64,000 nt of DNA from Escherichia phage vB_EcoM_PHB13. The notes under the pieces are model-generated. The model saw nothing but the letters and a program-made list of their open reading frames with translations, was not told the origin of the DNA and made no database searches. Where the stretch lies: sequence record MK573636; one strand, given 5' to 3'. Position numbers and translations under genes: made by a program. Positions 19,851-29,463 of this stretch are shown piece by piece (within the stretch, counting starts at the first letter, position 1; each line of letters begins with the position of its first letter).

Positions 19851-22529
19851 ATGTATTTTCTGTCATGTGAGCGAGTAGGTGATAAGATCTACGAGCGTTA
19901 TATTGATGATGCTGGACAAGAACAAGAGCGTTACGTTGAATATACGCCAACTTTATTTCATCATGCCGCGCCTGGTATGGTTACGAATTATAAAGATATC
20001 TATGGCAAGCCTTGCATTGCTAAAAAATTCCCCTCTATGAACGAGGCCAACAAATGGCGTAAAAAGATGGGGGAGATGGGGCAAGAGGCACTAGGGATGG
20101 ATGATTTTATCATCTCCTATCTGTCTGATACGTATAAAGGCGAGATTCGATATGACCGAAATAAAATCCGTGTAGCATGGGTTGATATCGAGGTCACTGC
20201 CCCAGAATTTCCTAAACCAGAAGAAGCGAAATATCCTATCGATGCAATTACGCATTATGATTCCGTACATGATCGTTTCTTTGTATTTGATTTGAAAGGA
20301 AAAAACGGTGAATCTTGGGAAGCAAGCAAGTCTATTCTTCGCCCAGATATTGTAGAACGTGTTGTTTATAACGTCTATGACACAGAAGATGAATTGCTGT
20401 TAGAATACATCCGATTCTTTGAGGAAAACCGACCCGTTGGTTTCACTGGCTGGAACACAGAAACATTCGATATTCCATATATCATTAAACGTATCAGTAA
20501 TAAGTTCGGAAGTAGAACCGCTAACCGTCTAAGCCCGTGCGGTAAGATTAAATCCCGAATCTCACAGGATGATTTTGGCAACGAGCGTGAAGCATTTACG
20601 ATCATGGGGATCGAAAGCCTTGATTATATTGACCTGTACAAGAAATTTAGCTTTACGACTCAACCAACATATGCATTAGATTATGTTGCTGAATACGAGA
20701 CAGGAATCGGTAAGGTTGATTATGATGGTCCGTTAAAGAAATTGCGTGATGACAACCATCAACTTTACATCGATTATAACATCGGCGACGTTGATCGTGT
20801 GCTGGCGATTGATAAAAAGCGTGGATTTATCGATCTGGTGTATAGCCTATGTTTCTATGCAAAGATTAAATTTAACCATGTTTATAACCCGATGAAAGTA
20901 TGGGATGCTATTATCTTCGGATCTCTGAAAGCTGAGGGTAAAGTAGTACCGGAAAATAAGATACAACCTAAGCAGACGTATCCAGGCGCATTTGTAAAAG
21001 AACCTGTGCCAAATGCTTACCGTTGGATGATGAGCTTTGACTTAACAAGTTTGTACCCATCTATTATTCGACAGGTTAATATTTCGCCTGAAACAATCGC
21101 TGGATCTTTTGATGCTGCACCGATGCACGAGTATATCAATAAAACTGCACCACGTCCTAGTGATGAGTATTCTTGCTCGCCTAACGGATGGATGTATCGA
21201 AAAGATATTCATGGTATCGTACCGATTGAGATTAAAAAGGTATTCGATCAGCGTAAGCAGTACAAAAACATGATGTTGGCATGTGATCGCAATGCTGAAC
21301 TATGTAAAGCGATTCTACACGATGAAAATCATGTTTATGGGGGAACCATTAGCTATAGCGTTGAAGTGCGTCACGACTTCGATGAAGCGTTTAAATCGAT
21401 GCTTTCTGAATTAAGTAAAGACGCCTTAGAGAAATTGCTGGAAGAATGTAAAGACGAGTCGATCTTGTGCAATACAAACCAGCTTTCTCGAAAAGTTTTG
21501 ATCAACTCCCTTTATGGTGCGTTGGGGAATCCTAAATTCCGTTTTTATGATCTCCGTAACGCTAGTGCGATCACACTGTTCGGTCAGCTTGCAATTCAGT
21601 GGATTGAGCGTAAGATTAACGAATACTTAAACGAGCTTTGCGGAACAACCGATTTTGCATATGTTCGTTATTGTGATACTGACTCCGTTTATGTGCTGGT
21701 TAACAATGTTGTTGATAAGGTTGGCGGGGAAGACCGTTTCGACGATACCGAAAAACTTGTTGACTTCCTTGATAATTTCGGTAAACATCGAATGGAACCT
21801 ATTATCGACAAGGGATATCGCGAGTTATGCGAGTACATGAACAACTATGAGCACTTGATGTTTATGGACCGCGAGGCAATTGCTGGTCCTCCGTTGAAAT
21901 CTGCGGGTATCGGTGGATTCTGGACTGGTAAAAAGCGTTATGCTCTTAATGTTTGGGATATGGAAGGAACGCGCTTTGCTGAACCTAAGCTAAAAATCAT
22001 GGGCTTGGAAACGCAACGTAGCTCCACCCCGAAAGCATGTCAGAAATCACTGAAAGAATGTATTCGCCGTATGTTGCAGGAAGGTGAAGAGTCATTGCAG
22101 GAATACTACGGTATTTTTGAGCAAGAATTTAGAAAACTTGACTATCTTGATGTTGCTGCGGTATCATCTGCAAACAACCTACAGAAATACAGCGATTCAA
22201 ACGGGTATCCGATTAAGGGTTGTCCGTATGCGGTTAAGAGTGTATTGTGTTATAATCGTAATGCTCGAAAATTCGGACTAGATCCGATTCGTGAAGGCGA
22301 GAAGGTTATGATTGTACCGCTGAAAGATCGAAATCCGTTTGGAGAAATCTGTTTTGGTTGGTTGTCCGGTACTCGTATTCCTCCAGAGATTGAAAGCGAG
22401 GTGTTAAAGTGGTTAGACTGGTCTTTGTTGTTTAATAAGACTTTCGTCAAACCACTGGAGAACATTACAACGGCTGCAAAGCTGCAATATGAAAAAGTGG
22501 CATCTCTTACAGACCTGTTTGACATTTAA
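19851..22529 (+). CDS. 43: DNA polymerase gp43 (family B)
   Basis: exo motif VDIEV, SLYPSIIRQVNISPET, polymerase motif CDTDSVYV; T4 gp43-like; start at ATG 19851. Confidence 0.95.
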   Translation: MYFLSCERVGDKIYERYIDDAGQEQERYVEYTPTLFHHAAPGMVTNYKDIYGKPCIAKKFPSMNEANKWRKKMGEMGQEALGMDDFIISYLSDTYKGEIRYDRNKIRVAWVDIEVTAPEFPKPEEAKYPIDAITHYDSVHDRFFVFDLKGKNGESWEASKSILRPDIVERVVYNVYDTEDELLLEYIRFFEENRPVGFTGWNTETFDIPYIIKRISNKFGSRTANRLSPCGKIKSRISQDDFGNEREAFTIMGIESLDYIDLYKKFSFTTQPTYALDYVAEYETGIGKVDYDGPLKKLRDDNHQLYIDYNIGDVDRVLAIDKKRGFIDLVYSLCFYAKIKFNHVYNPMKVWDAIIFGSLKAEGKVVPENKIQPKQTYPGAFVKEPVPNAYRWMMSFDLTSLYPSIIRQVNISPETIAGSFDAAPMHEYINKTAPRPSDEYSCSPNGWMYRKDIHGIVPIEIKKVFDQRKQYKNMMLACDRNAELCKAILHDENHVYGGTISYSVEVRHDFDEAFKSMLSELSKDALEKLLEECKDESILCNTNQLSRKVLINSLYGALGNPKFRFYDLRNASAITLFGQLAIQWIERKINEYLNELCGTTDFAYVRYCDTDSVYVLVNNVVDKVGGEDRFDDTEKLVDFLDNFGKHRMEPIIDKGYRELCEYMNNYEHLMFMDREAIAGPPLKSAGIGGFWTGKKRYALNVWDMEGTRFAEPKLKIMGLETQRSSTPKACQKSLKECIRRMLQEGEESLQEYYGIFEQEFRKLDYLDVAAVSSANNLQKYSDSNGYPIKGCPYAVKSVLCYNRNARKFGLDPIREGEKVMIVPLKDRNPFGEICFGWLSGTRIPPEIESEVLKWLDWSLLFNKTFVKPLENITTAAKLQYEKVASLTDLFDI

Positions 22530-22572
22530 GATAAAGTGTGTATAATGGCGGGTGTTGGGTGACGATACCCGC
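22519..22572 (+). promoter_or_regulatory. promoter TTGACA-16bp-TATAAT followed by hairpin GGCGGGT...ACCCGCC
   Basis: read directly; overlaps gene 43 stop. Confidence 0.4.
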
Positions 22573-22590
22573 CAATGTGAGAAATATATT

Positions 22591-22779
22591 ATGAGAGACA
22601 TTGAAAAGATTAAACGTGAACGTGAGGAAGGCATAGAGCATTTCAAGAAAGTTCACGGAAATCACAGTAACGAAGTATTTGTGACGATCAATGTTGATGC
22701 GATGAAAAAGTTAATTCAAGAGCACTACAAAGATCGAATAACAATGAAGCAATTAAAGTATTACGGATTAACTGAATAG
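22591..22779 (+). CDS. hypothetical small protein
   Basis: in-frame ATG within track ORF 22552..22779 after SD GAGAAATATATT. Confidence 0.35.
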   Translation: MRDIEKIKREREEGIEHFKKVHGNHSNEVFVTINVDAMKKLIQEHYKDRITMKQLKYYGLTE

Positions 22780-22790
22780 AGGTATTAATA

Positions 22791-23861
22791 ATGTCTGTAC
22801 TGGAAAAACTGAAAAAGAACTCTACCCTGAAAACTACTGCGGTACTGTCTAAATCCAGCTTCTTTAACGAAAAAACAAATACTCGCACTAAGATCCCGAT
22901 GCTGAATATTGCGTTTTCCGGTGATCTTAAAAAAGGCTTTCAATCTGGTCTGATTTTCTTTGCTGGTCCGTCTAAGCACTTTAAATCAAACATGGGATTA
23001 ACCTGTGTTAGTGCATACATGAAACAGAATCCTGATGCGGCTTGTTTGTTCTTTGATTCTGAGTTCGGTATTACTCCCGCTTATCTGGAATCTATGGGCG
23101 TAGATCCTGATCGCGTAGTGCATGTTCCAATCAAGAACATCGAAGAACTTAAATTTGAAATCATGAACCAGCTTGAGCAAATTACCCGTGAAGATAAAGT
23201 GATCATCTTTATTGACTCAATTGGTAACTTAGCAAGTAAAAAAGAAGTTGAAGACGCGATTAATGAGAAATCCGCACAGGATATGACGCGAGCGAAAGCA
23301 CTTAAAGGCTTGTTCCGTATGGTTACGCCGTATCTGACTATGAATGATATCCCGTGCATCGCTATTAACCACACTTACGAAACGCAAGAAATGTTTAGTA
23401 AGACCGTTATGTCCGGCGGTACGGGCGCGATGTACAGCGCGAATGAAGTTTTTATTATCGGTCGTCGCCAGCAGAAAGAAGGTACAGAGTTGACTGGTTA
23501 TGAGTTTATATTGAAGGCCGATAAGTCACGAACTGTTAAAGAAGGGTCGAAGTTCCCGATTGATGTAACGTTTAGCGGTGGTATTAACCCATATTCCGGT
23601 TTACTGGATCTCGCAATCGAGCTTGGGTGGGTCGTCAGCCCGTCGAAAGGTTGGTATTCTCGTTCCATTCTGAATACTGAAACAGGAGAAATGGAAACAG
23701 AAGAACGCAAGTTCCGTGCTAAAGAAACTAATAGTGTTGATTTTTGGAGACCGCTTCTGACTAATGATAAGTTTAACGAAGCGATTAACGAACACTATCA
23801 GCTGGGTCAAGTTATAAGCGATGAGGCAGTTGACAAAGAAGTCGAAGATATGTTAGCATAA
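22791..23861 (+). CDS. uvsX: recombinase UvsX (RecA-like)
   Basis: strong similarity to T4 UvsX (GPSKHFKSN, IAINHTYETQEMFSKTVM). Confidence 0.9.
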   Translation: MSVLEKLKKNSTLKTTAVLSKSSFFNEKTNTRTKIPMLNIAFSGDLKKGFQSGLIFFAGPSKHFKSNMGLTCVSAYMKQNPDAACLFFDSEFGITPAYLESMGVDPDRVVHVPIKNIEELKFEIMNQLEQITREDKVIIFIDSIGNLASKKEVEDAINEKSAQDMTRAKALKGLFRMVTPYLTMNDIPCIAINHTYETQEMFSKTVMSGGTGAMYSANEVFIIGRRQQKEGTELTGYEFILKADKSRTVKEGSKFPIDVTFSGGINPYSGLLDLAIELGWVVSPSKGWYSRSILNTETGEMETEERKFRAKETNSVDFWRPLLTNDKFNEAINEHYQLGQVISDEAVDKEVEDMLA

Positions 23862-23871
23862 CAATGGTAGT

Positions 23872-23896
23872 AAAGGGGCTACGTGCCCCTTTTTCA
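23872..23896 (+). terminator. intrinsic terminator AGGGGC-tacgt-GCCCCT plus T5
   Basis: read directly. Confidence 0.5.
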
Positions 23897-23916
23897 TATC
23901 TAGAGAGGATTATATT

Positions 23917-24234
23917 ATGGATAAGAAACCAACAAGTTTAGAAGAAGCACACAGCTTGATTCAAGAAGCAATGAAGACAGTTATCCAGGAACTGATAATT
24001 GTTGATGAAGAGGGAGAACATCATATTGTCTATATTCATAATGTTGAATACGATCCAGACACTAAAGGTATTGTGGTCGACTACTCCACGCCGTCAGATC
24101 GTGATGTGGTATATCCACACGTCATTAAGGCGTTAACCGCGCAGATCAAAGAAGCAGAAGAAAAGTTGAAAAAAGAAACTTTCTGGTATAAACTCAAGAC
24201 CTTTGTTATGCGTGTAGTTGGGGGCTATGTATGA
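23917..24234 (+). CDS. hypothetical protein (occupies the T4 gene 40 position)
   Basis: ORF track; position only. Confidence 0.35.
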   Translation: MDKKPTSLEEAHSLIQEAMKTVIQELIIVDEEGEHHIVYIHNVEYDPDTKGIVVDYSTPSDRDVVYPHVIKALTAQIKEAEEKLKKETFWYKLKTFVMRVVGGYV

Positions 24235-25643
24235 TTAAAACTATCTTTTCACAGTTGATTTACAATGGCGCATTCTTTACGAATGTATGGCCTCACCTTA
24301 AAGCGGACTACTTCACCGAAGACGAAGAAAAACTGATTTATAAGCTGATTAAAAAGCACGTAGACGAATATTCCAATATTCCTACGCCAACAGCATTACA
24401 GATTGCTTTAGACAAGGAGAGAGGCAATCAGACAACATATGAAGGGGCTAAAACTCTTCTTGATTCGCTTGAGAATACACCGGAAGACCTTGATTGGTTA
24501 ATGAAGGAAACCGAAAAATTTATTCGTGACCGTGCCATGTATAATGCAATGTCACGGGCGCTAGAGATTCAGGCGAACGCACAACTACCAAAAGAGAAAC
24601 AGAATAAGAAATTGCCGAGTGAGGGTGCTATTCCTGAGATCATGCAGGAAGCACTATCCATTACGTTTGATTCTGATGTAGGTCATGACTGGTTTAATGA
24701 CTTTGAAAAACGATTCTTGCTATATCAGACTAAGGCGAATAAGATCCCGTTTAAGCTGCCGATGTTGAATAAAATCACGAAAGGAGGTGCGGAAAGAAAA
24801 ACGCTAAATGTGTTGCTTGCTGGTGTAAACGTTGGTAAATCGCTTGGCTTGTGTTCTCTTGCTGCGGATTATATGGAATGTGGTTATGATGTATTGTATA
24901 TATCAATGGAGATGGCAGAGCATGTCGTAGCAAAACGTATCGACGCAAACTTGCTTGACATTACATTAGATGAATTGGATAATGGTAATGTTTCTTTTGC
25001 GGAATATTCCGCACGCATGAAGCGTGTTAAGAATAAGAAGATCGGAGATCGTCCGGTTGGAAAATTGATGATCAAGCAGTATCCGACTGGTGGCGCAAAC
25101 TCCAATCACTTTGAGGCGTTAATGAATGAATTGCGACTCAAGAAACAGTTTAAACCTGATGTTGTGATTGTTGACTATCTGGGGATTTGCGCATCGTCTC
25201 GCTTGCGTGTATACTCTGAAAATAGTTACACACTAGTTAAGGCGATTGCGGAAGAACTGCGAGGATTTTTTGTTAAGTGGGATGTTGTTGGTTGGACTGC
25301 GGCACAGACTACCCGCGCGGGTTGGGATGCTTCCGACCTTAACATGAGTGATACCGCTGAATCAGCAGGTCTTCCGGCTACTGCCGACTTTATGTTGGGT
25401 GTTATCGAAACCGAAGACCTGGCTAAAATGGGCGTCCAACTCATGAAGCAGATCAAGTCTCGTTACGGTGATAAGAACTATTATTCACGGTTTAACGTTG
25501 GTGTGAAGAAAGGCAATCAGCGTTGGTATGAAGTACCAAACCAGATCGCAGATCAGGAGAATACACAAGTTAAACCACAAAGCGCACAGCAAGCCGAGAA
25601 ACGCGAAAAACTCGACGAGCTAGCAAATACCATGACTTTCTAA
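24231..25643 (+). CDS. 41: replicative DNA helicase gp41 (DnaB-like)
   Basis: Walker A AGVNVGKS, RecA-like core; synteny. Confidence 0.85.
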   Translation: MIKTIFSQLIYNGAFFTNVWPHLKADYFTEDEEKLIYKLIKKHVDEYSNIPTPTALQIALDKERGNQTTYEGAKTLLDSLENTPEDLDWLMKETEKFIRDRAMYNAMSRALEIQANAQLPKEKQNKKLPSEGAIPEIMQEALSITFDSDVGHDWFNDFEKRFLLYQTKANKIPFKLPMLNKITKGGAERKTLNVLLAGVNVGKSLGLCSLAADYMECGYDVLYISMEMAEHVVAKRIDANLLDITLDELDNGNVSFAEYSARMKRVKNKKIGDRPVGKLMIKQYPTGGANSNHFEALMNELRLKKQFKPDVVIVDYLGICASSRLRVYSENSYTLVKAIAEELRGFFVKWDVVGWTAAQTTRAGWDASDLNMSDTAESAGLPATADFMLGVIETEDLAKMGVQLMKQIKSRYGDKNYYSRFNVGVKKGNQRWYEVPNQIADQENTQVKPQSAQQAEKREKLDELANTMTF

Positions 25644-25649
25644 TAAAAT

Positions 25650-25666
25650 GCGCCCTACGGGGCGCT
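25650..25666 (+). other. GC-rich hairpin GCGCCC-tac-GGGGCGC downstream of gene 41 (no T-run)
   Basis: read directly. Confidence 0.3.
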
Positions 25667-25693
25667 GGTGAATGATTTGATAGGAGATATAAC

Positions 25694-26329
25694 ATGATCG
25701 CTAATGCTTTACCGCCAAAATGGATCGTAAGTCGCTTTTATACTCTCAAGGAAGGTAACGCACCTGATGGTCGTCCGATCCGAGATCTGTTTCTGGAGAT
25801 GACTACCGCCGAAGCACAATTTTATAATGATCTGACAGACGATAAGCCGTTTCTTGTAAATTCTGTGGATCTTGATGGTAATGTTACGTCAATTATCGCA
25901 CATGGTGGGGAAGTGAAAAATATTACTTCTCTGCGTGAACACGGTTGGGAAATTGCTTGTGTATTTCCTGCGGATGTACGCGGATTCTTTGATGAGGTAT
26001 CTGATATTAAAGTAAATGCACTAGAACCATATGACGAGATCCCACCACTGAAAGAAGAAAAAGAGTTGACACCGGAAGATGTAGATAGTACACTACACCC
26101 AGACCTATTTAAGAAGATTAGCGGTTTATGGACTGTTACCCTGCATCCAACCGCATTAGGTCTAGAATTGGGTATGCCAACTTATTCTGATATTGATAAT
26201 TGGACTAAGCATATTGATAAAGATGTTGAAAAACAGCGAAATAATGCTAAAATGCAACTTAAAGAGAAACGAAAAGATCTTGAACGACAACTGAAAGAAA
26301 CCAAACATTTGCTTTCTACGTTCGCTTGA
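25694..26329 (+). CDS. hypothetical protein, likely distant member of the repeat-domain family (VDLDGNV...ADVRGFFDEV)
   Basis: ORF track; motif similarity to the 6263..8583 cluster. Confidence 0.45.
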   Translation: MIANALPPKWIVSRFYTLKEGNAPDGRPIRDLFLEMTTAEAQFYNDLTDDKPFLVNSVDLDGNVTSIIAHGGEVKNITSLREHGWEIACVFPADVRGFFDEVSDIKVNALEPYDEIPPLKEEKELTPEDVDSTLHPDLFKKISGLWTVTLHPTALGLELGMPTYSDIDNWTKHIDKDVEKQRNNAKMQLKEKRKDLERQLKETKHLLSTFA

Positions 26330-26359
26330 TCTATAATGAAACTCTAAGGAGACTATATT

Positions 26360-26734
26360 ATGAAAAATATGATTACGCCGGAAGATGTAGCATTTAAAAC
26401 CGCAAATAACGGAGACATTCTTATTTTTATCGACGGTAAACATGCTGGTATGGTTGAACCGGAAGGACGCTGGGGAGTCGCCGAACTTTATGATGTGGCT
26501 GGTGTAGATCCGAAAACTGCAATTGTTTTTCTGGCGGATAAAGATCAAATGCGTCGAAAAATTGCTGCGCTCTATAATGAAGCATTGTATTTCTACGAAC
26601 CGTTTCATCGTATTAAAACGATCTCCCGCGTGACTCGAAAAGATGTTAATGCTTGTGTTATCAAGATTGTAGAGAATCAGGATAAACTGACGAAAGACCA
26701 GATTGTTGACTTACTGAAAGAGATTATTCTATGA
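26360..26734 (+). CDS. hypothetical protein
   Basis: ORF track; SD GGAGACTATATT. Confidence 0.45.
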   Translation: MKNMITPEDVAFKTANNGDILIFIDGKHAGMVEPEGRWGVAELYDVAGVDPKTAIVFLADKDQMRRKIAALYNEALYFYEPFHRIKTISRVTRKDVNACVIKIVENQDKLTKDQIVDLLKEIIL

Positions 26735-26906
26735 TTGGCTTTAAACAGTTTGTTGAAGAAAATAAACTCAAAGAAGATATGACCGCTGGCGATGCTGGCG
26801 GCAATCCTGAGAAGATCGCAGCAGGTGAAACGAGCGGATCTATTACCAATCGTGGACCTAGTGTAGCGGGTAAAGAAAAACGCAAAAAGGAGAAAGACGG
26901 TGCTTA
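26730..26906 (+). CDS. hypothetical small protein (58 aa, Gly/Lys-rich)
   Basis: not in track; ATGA overlap with upstream stop. Confidence 0.2.
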
Positions 26907-26914
26907 GTATCATC

Positions 26915-27058
26915 ATGTTTATCGTTGGCTTGCTGTCCGCTATTATCGGTGTTGTTGTTTTCGGATTATCTGGACACAAAACAAAAACAGAAAAGTTATC
27001 CGAGATCACAATGTATGTTGGTGTAGTTCTCATTCTGTTGTCGGTGGCGCTTAAATGA
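26915..27058 (+). CDS. hypothetical small membrane peptide (2 predicted TM helices)
   Basis: not in track; hydrophobic sequence read directly. Confidence 0.2.
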   Translation: MFIVGLLSAIIGVVVFGLSGHKTKTEKLSEITMYVGVVLILLSVALK

Positions 27059-27258
27059 TTACGATGAAATGTCTTAAAAGCACATATGCACTTTTTGAAG
27101 CCGGAAAAGAATATGAATTTACAGAACTTGACCCGGTAGGACGTTTTCGTGTATTCTCTTACACATCGCCAGATGGTAGTGTCTACAAATTTGGCTTAGA
27201 TGAAAACGGAGAGAATGAAAATGAAAGTGTAGGAACTTTCATGAAATTTGAGCTATAA
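27055..27258 (+). CDS. hypothetical protein
   Basis: ORF track, 67 aa. Confidence 0.35.
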   Translation: MITMKCLKSTYALFEAGKEYEFTELDPVGRFRVFSYTSPDGSVYKFGLDENGENENESVGTFMKFEL

Positions 27259-27267
27259 GAGGTTATT

Positions 27268-28296
27268 ATGATTTACTACGCAGATTATGAAATAGCGGAA
27301 AAAGCCATATACGGCGAACGAAATTTTAAACGGTTGCATACTAGCTCATTTACGCTGGTCTGTAGTTGTCCGATCTGCGGTGACTCAAAGAAAAATCATA
27401 CTCAAGCGCGATTCCGTATCTATACCTATAAGGATAGTTTGCGTTGCGGCTGTTTCAACTGTAACTACAATCAGCCGTTAGGTGAATTTCTCAAACAGTA
27501 TAAGCCGGACCTATTCAGGGAATGGCTTATGGAACGACGGAAGGAACAAGGCGACCACAAGAACACCACGTTCAAGCCACTGAAAAAGGTAGAAAAGCCG
27601 GAGATTAAGAAAGTGCAAACATTGCCTTTCTGCGAGAGATTAGATACTCTTCCGGCTAATCATCCTATAATAAAGTATGTCAGTGATCGTTGCATCCCTC
27701 ACGATAAATGGGATCTTCTGTATTTCACGAGAGAATGGCAAAAGGTAGCAAATCACATTAAGGCTGATACTTTCAAGAATCCACAACCTGAACCGCGTTT
27801 AGTGATTCCTATCTTTAACCGCGAGAACAAGATAGAATCCATTCAGGGGCGAGCATTGAGAAAGGATTACGGAAAGACCAAATATATGACGATTAAAACT
27901 CACGAGTTAGCGAGTAAGGTCTATGGTCTTGAACGCGCCGATCCGAGTAAACCAGTGTATTTCTTAGAAGGTCCGATCGATTCATTGTTTATTGATAACG
28001 GGTGTGCAATTACTGGCGGTACGTTGGGATTAGATGAAATCCCTTTCCCAGACCAGCGAGTGTTTGTACTTGATGCGGAACCACGGTCTGCCGATACAAT
28101 GCACCGACTGGAAAAGTTTATCAACGCAGGGGAAAAGATTGTATTATGGGATCGTTGCCCGTGGCATTCTAAAGACGTTAACGCCATGATTCAGGATGAG
28201 GGTGCTACACGCGACCAGATCATGGAATATATCAAAGAGAACACCGTACAAGGTCTGATGGCTAAAATGCGGTTTATGAAATATTGTAAATTTTAA
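27268..28296 (+). CDS. 61: DNA primase gp61
   Basis: zinc ribbon CPICGDSK...CFNCNY and Toprim EGPIDSLF; T4 gp61-like. Confidence 0.85.
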   Translation: MIYYADYEIAEKAIYGERNFKRLHTSSFTLVCSCPICGDSKKNHTQARFRIYTYKDSLRCGCFNCNYNQPLGEFLKQYKPDLFREWLMERRKEQGDHKNTTFKPLKKVEKPEIKKVQTLPFCERLDTLPANHPIIKYVSDRCIPHDKWDLLYFTREWQKVANHIKADTFKNPQPEPRLVIPIFNRENKIESIQGRALRKDYGKTKYMTIKTHELASKVYGLERADPSKPVYFLEGPIDSLFIDNGCAITGGTLGLDEIPFPDQRVFVLDAEPRSADTMHRLEKFINAGEKIVLWDRCPWHSKDVNAMIQDEGATRDQIMEYIKENTVQGLMAKMRFMKYCKF

Positions 28297-28304
28297 TTAA
28301 TGAG

Positions 28305-28829
28305 GTGAATATGTCAGAATTTAATTCTTGTGCTGGTCTGGTTAACGAAAAAGATATTAACGCGGCTATCGCCGCATATCATCACGCTATTGCAGAAGGT
28401 AAAGATCCGTTTCAGGTGATGCTCGAAATGCAAACTGGTTTGCAGGTTGCATTATCCGAAAAATTTGATTGGGTCCCAAATCCAACTAAGCTAGAGACTT
28501 GCGGTGAAATGCTGGATTGGATGCAACGGATGGATGACGCTATCGCAGACGAAACACGAGAGCTTTACACATCGCTGGGTGGAATGTCCAATGGTAAAGA
28601 TGCAAGTGCAATCTGGAAAATGTGGAAAAAGAACCACGGAGAAGCGCGAGCGCGTAAATTCTCTGAACTGTCACCGGAAGATCAGCTTGAAGTGAAATTT
28701 GAATTTGTGGACGCGATCCACTTCATTCTGTCAAAGATGATCCCGCTGGGTATTGACGCTCAAGAACTCTTTATTCTGTACTATCTGAAAAATGCTGAAA
28801 ACTTCGCCCGTCAAGAACGCGGCTACTAA
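28305..28829 (+). CDS. 56: dCTP/dUTP pyrophosphatase-like protein (gp56-like, all-alpha NTP pyrophosphohydrolase)
   Basis: 174 aa, position between 61 and dda; assignment by size and position. Confidence 0.55.
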   Translation: MNMSEFNSCAGLVNEKDINAAIAAYHHAIAEGKDPFQVMLEMQTGLQVALSEKFDWVPNPTKLETCGEMLDWMQRMDDAIADETRELYTSLGGMSNGKDASAIWKMWKKNHGEARARKFSELSPEDQLEVKFEFVDAIHFILSKMIPLGIDAQELFILYYLKNAENFARQERGY

Positions 28830-28836
28830 AAATTAG

Positions 28837-28898
28837 TTGACACTACTCTATCATGGTTTTATTATGCCTCCCGTCGAAAGATTGGAGGCTTTTTTATT
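28837..28898 (+). promoter_or_regulatory. promoter TTGACA-17bp-TATTAT followed by hairpin GCCTCC...GGAGGC that contains the SD, then U-run and AUG
   Basis: read directly. Confidence 0.4.
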
Positions 28899-29402
28899 AT
28901 GCAATTTACACCAGAAGAACTTAACATCATTGATGAGGTGATGAACTCTAAAGAAAATATCGATATGTCGATCCTTAATGGATTGATTGAAAAGACTGAG
29001 CGGTTAGTGCATCATGAAGCCTTGTATCGCGGTGTGAGCAAAAGAGAAGGTCGTAAGCTGGATACCTTAATTGTAGGCGATTCTTTCGTTGTAGAGCGTC
29101 CTATGAGCTTTACGCCACTGCAATCAACAGCAGAGGACTTTGCAACCGATGTTTATGCAACAGGAAAGATTATTGCAATAAAACCTACCAAGCCTTGCAT
29201 GAATTATTACGAACATGCTATTGACCGAGTGGTGTCTAAAGAGTATGACAATCCGACTACTCGACTGTCTTTGTATGCTATGTTGGCAGATGAGCGCGAG
29301 TGCATATACAAGACAGGGACGACCATGATCCTTGACGAGATCGAGGAAGTTTACGCGTGTAATGGCGATCTGATAGAGATTTACAAATTTTCTTTAATTT
29401 AA
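28899..29402 (+). CDS. hypothetical protein, possible Mod-like mono-ADP-ribosyltransferase (candidate R / S-x-T / E-x-E motifs: YRG, SFT, ERE)
   Basis: ORF track; motif spacing only partly canonical; in the T4 modA/modB position. Confidence 0.3.
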   Translation: MQFTPEELNIIDEVMNSKENIDMSILNGLIEKTERLVHHEALYRGVSKREGRKLDTLIVGDSFVVERPMSFTPLQSTAEDFATDVYATGKIIAIKPTKPCMNYYEHAIDRVVSKEYDNPTTRLSLYAMLADERECIYKTGTTMILDEIEEVYACNGDLIEIYKFSLI

Positions 29403-29405
29403 GTG

Positions 29406-29434
29406 TTGACAGCACAAACCAGATAGACAATAAT
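29406..29434 (+). promoter_or_regulatory. sigma70-like promoter TTGACA-17bp-AATAAT
   Basis: read directly. Confidence 0.35.
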
Positions 29435-29463
29435 ACACACATACCAACTAAGGAGAATCAATT

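Noticed and set aside
26162-27033. Minus-strand ORFs 26162..26608 and 26677..27033
   Set aside because: Antisense to plus-strand genes in a uniformly plus-strand early region; hydrophobic, low-complexity translations typical of shadow frames.
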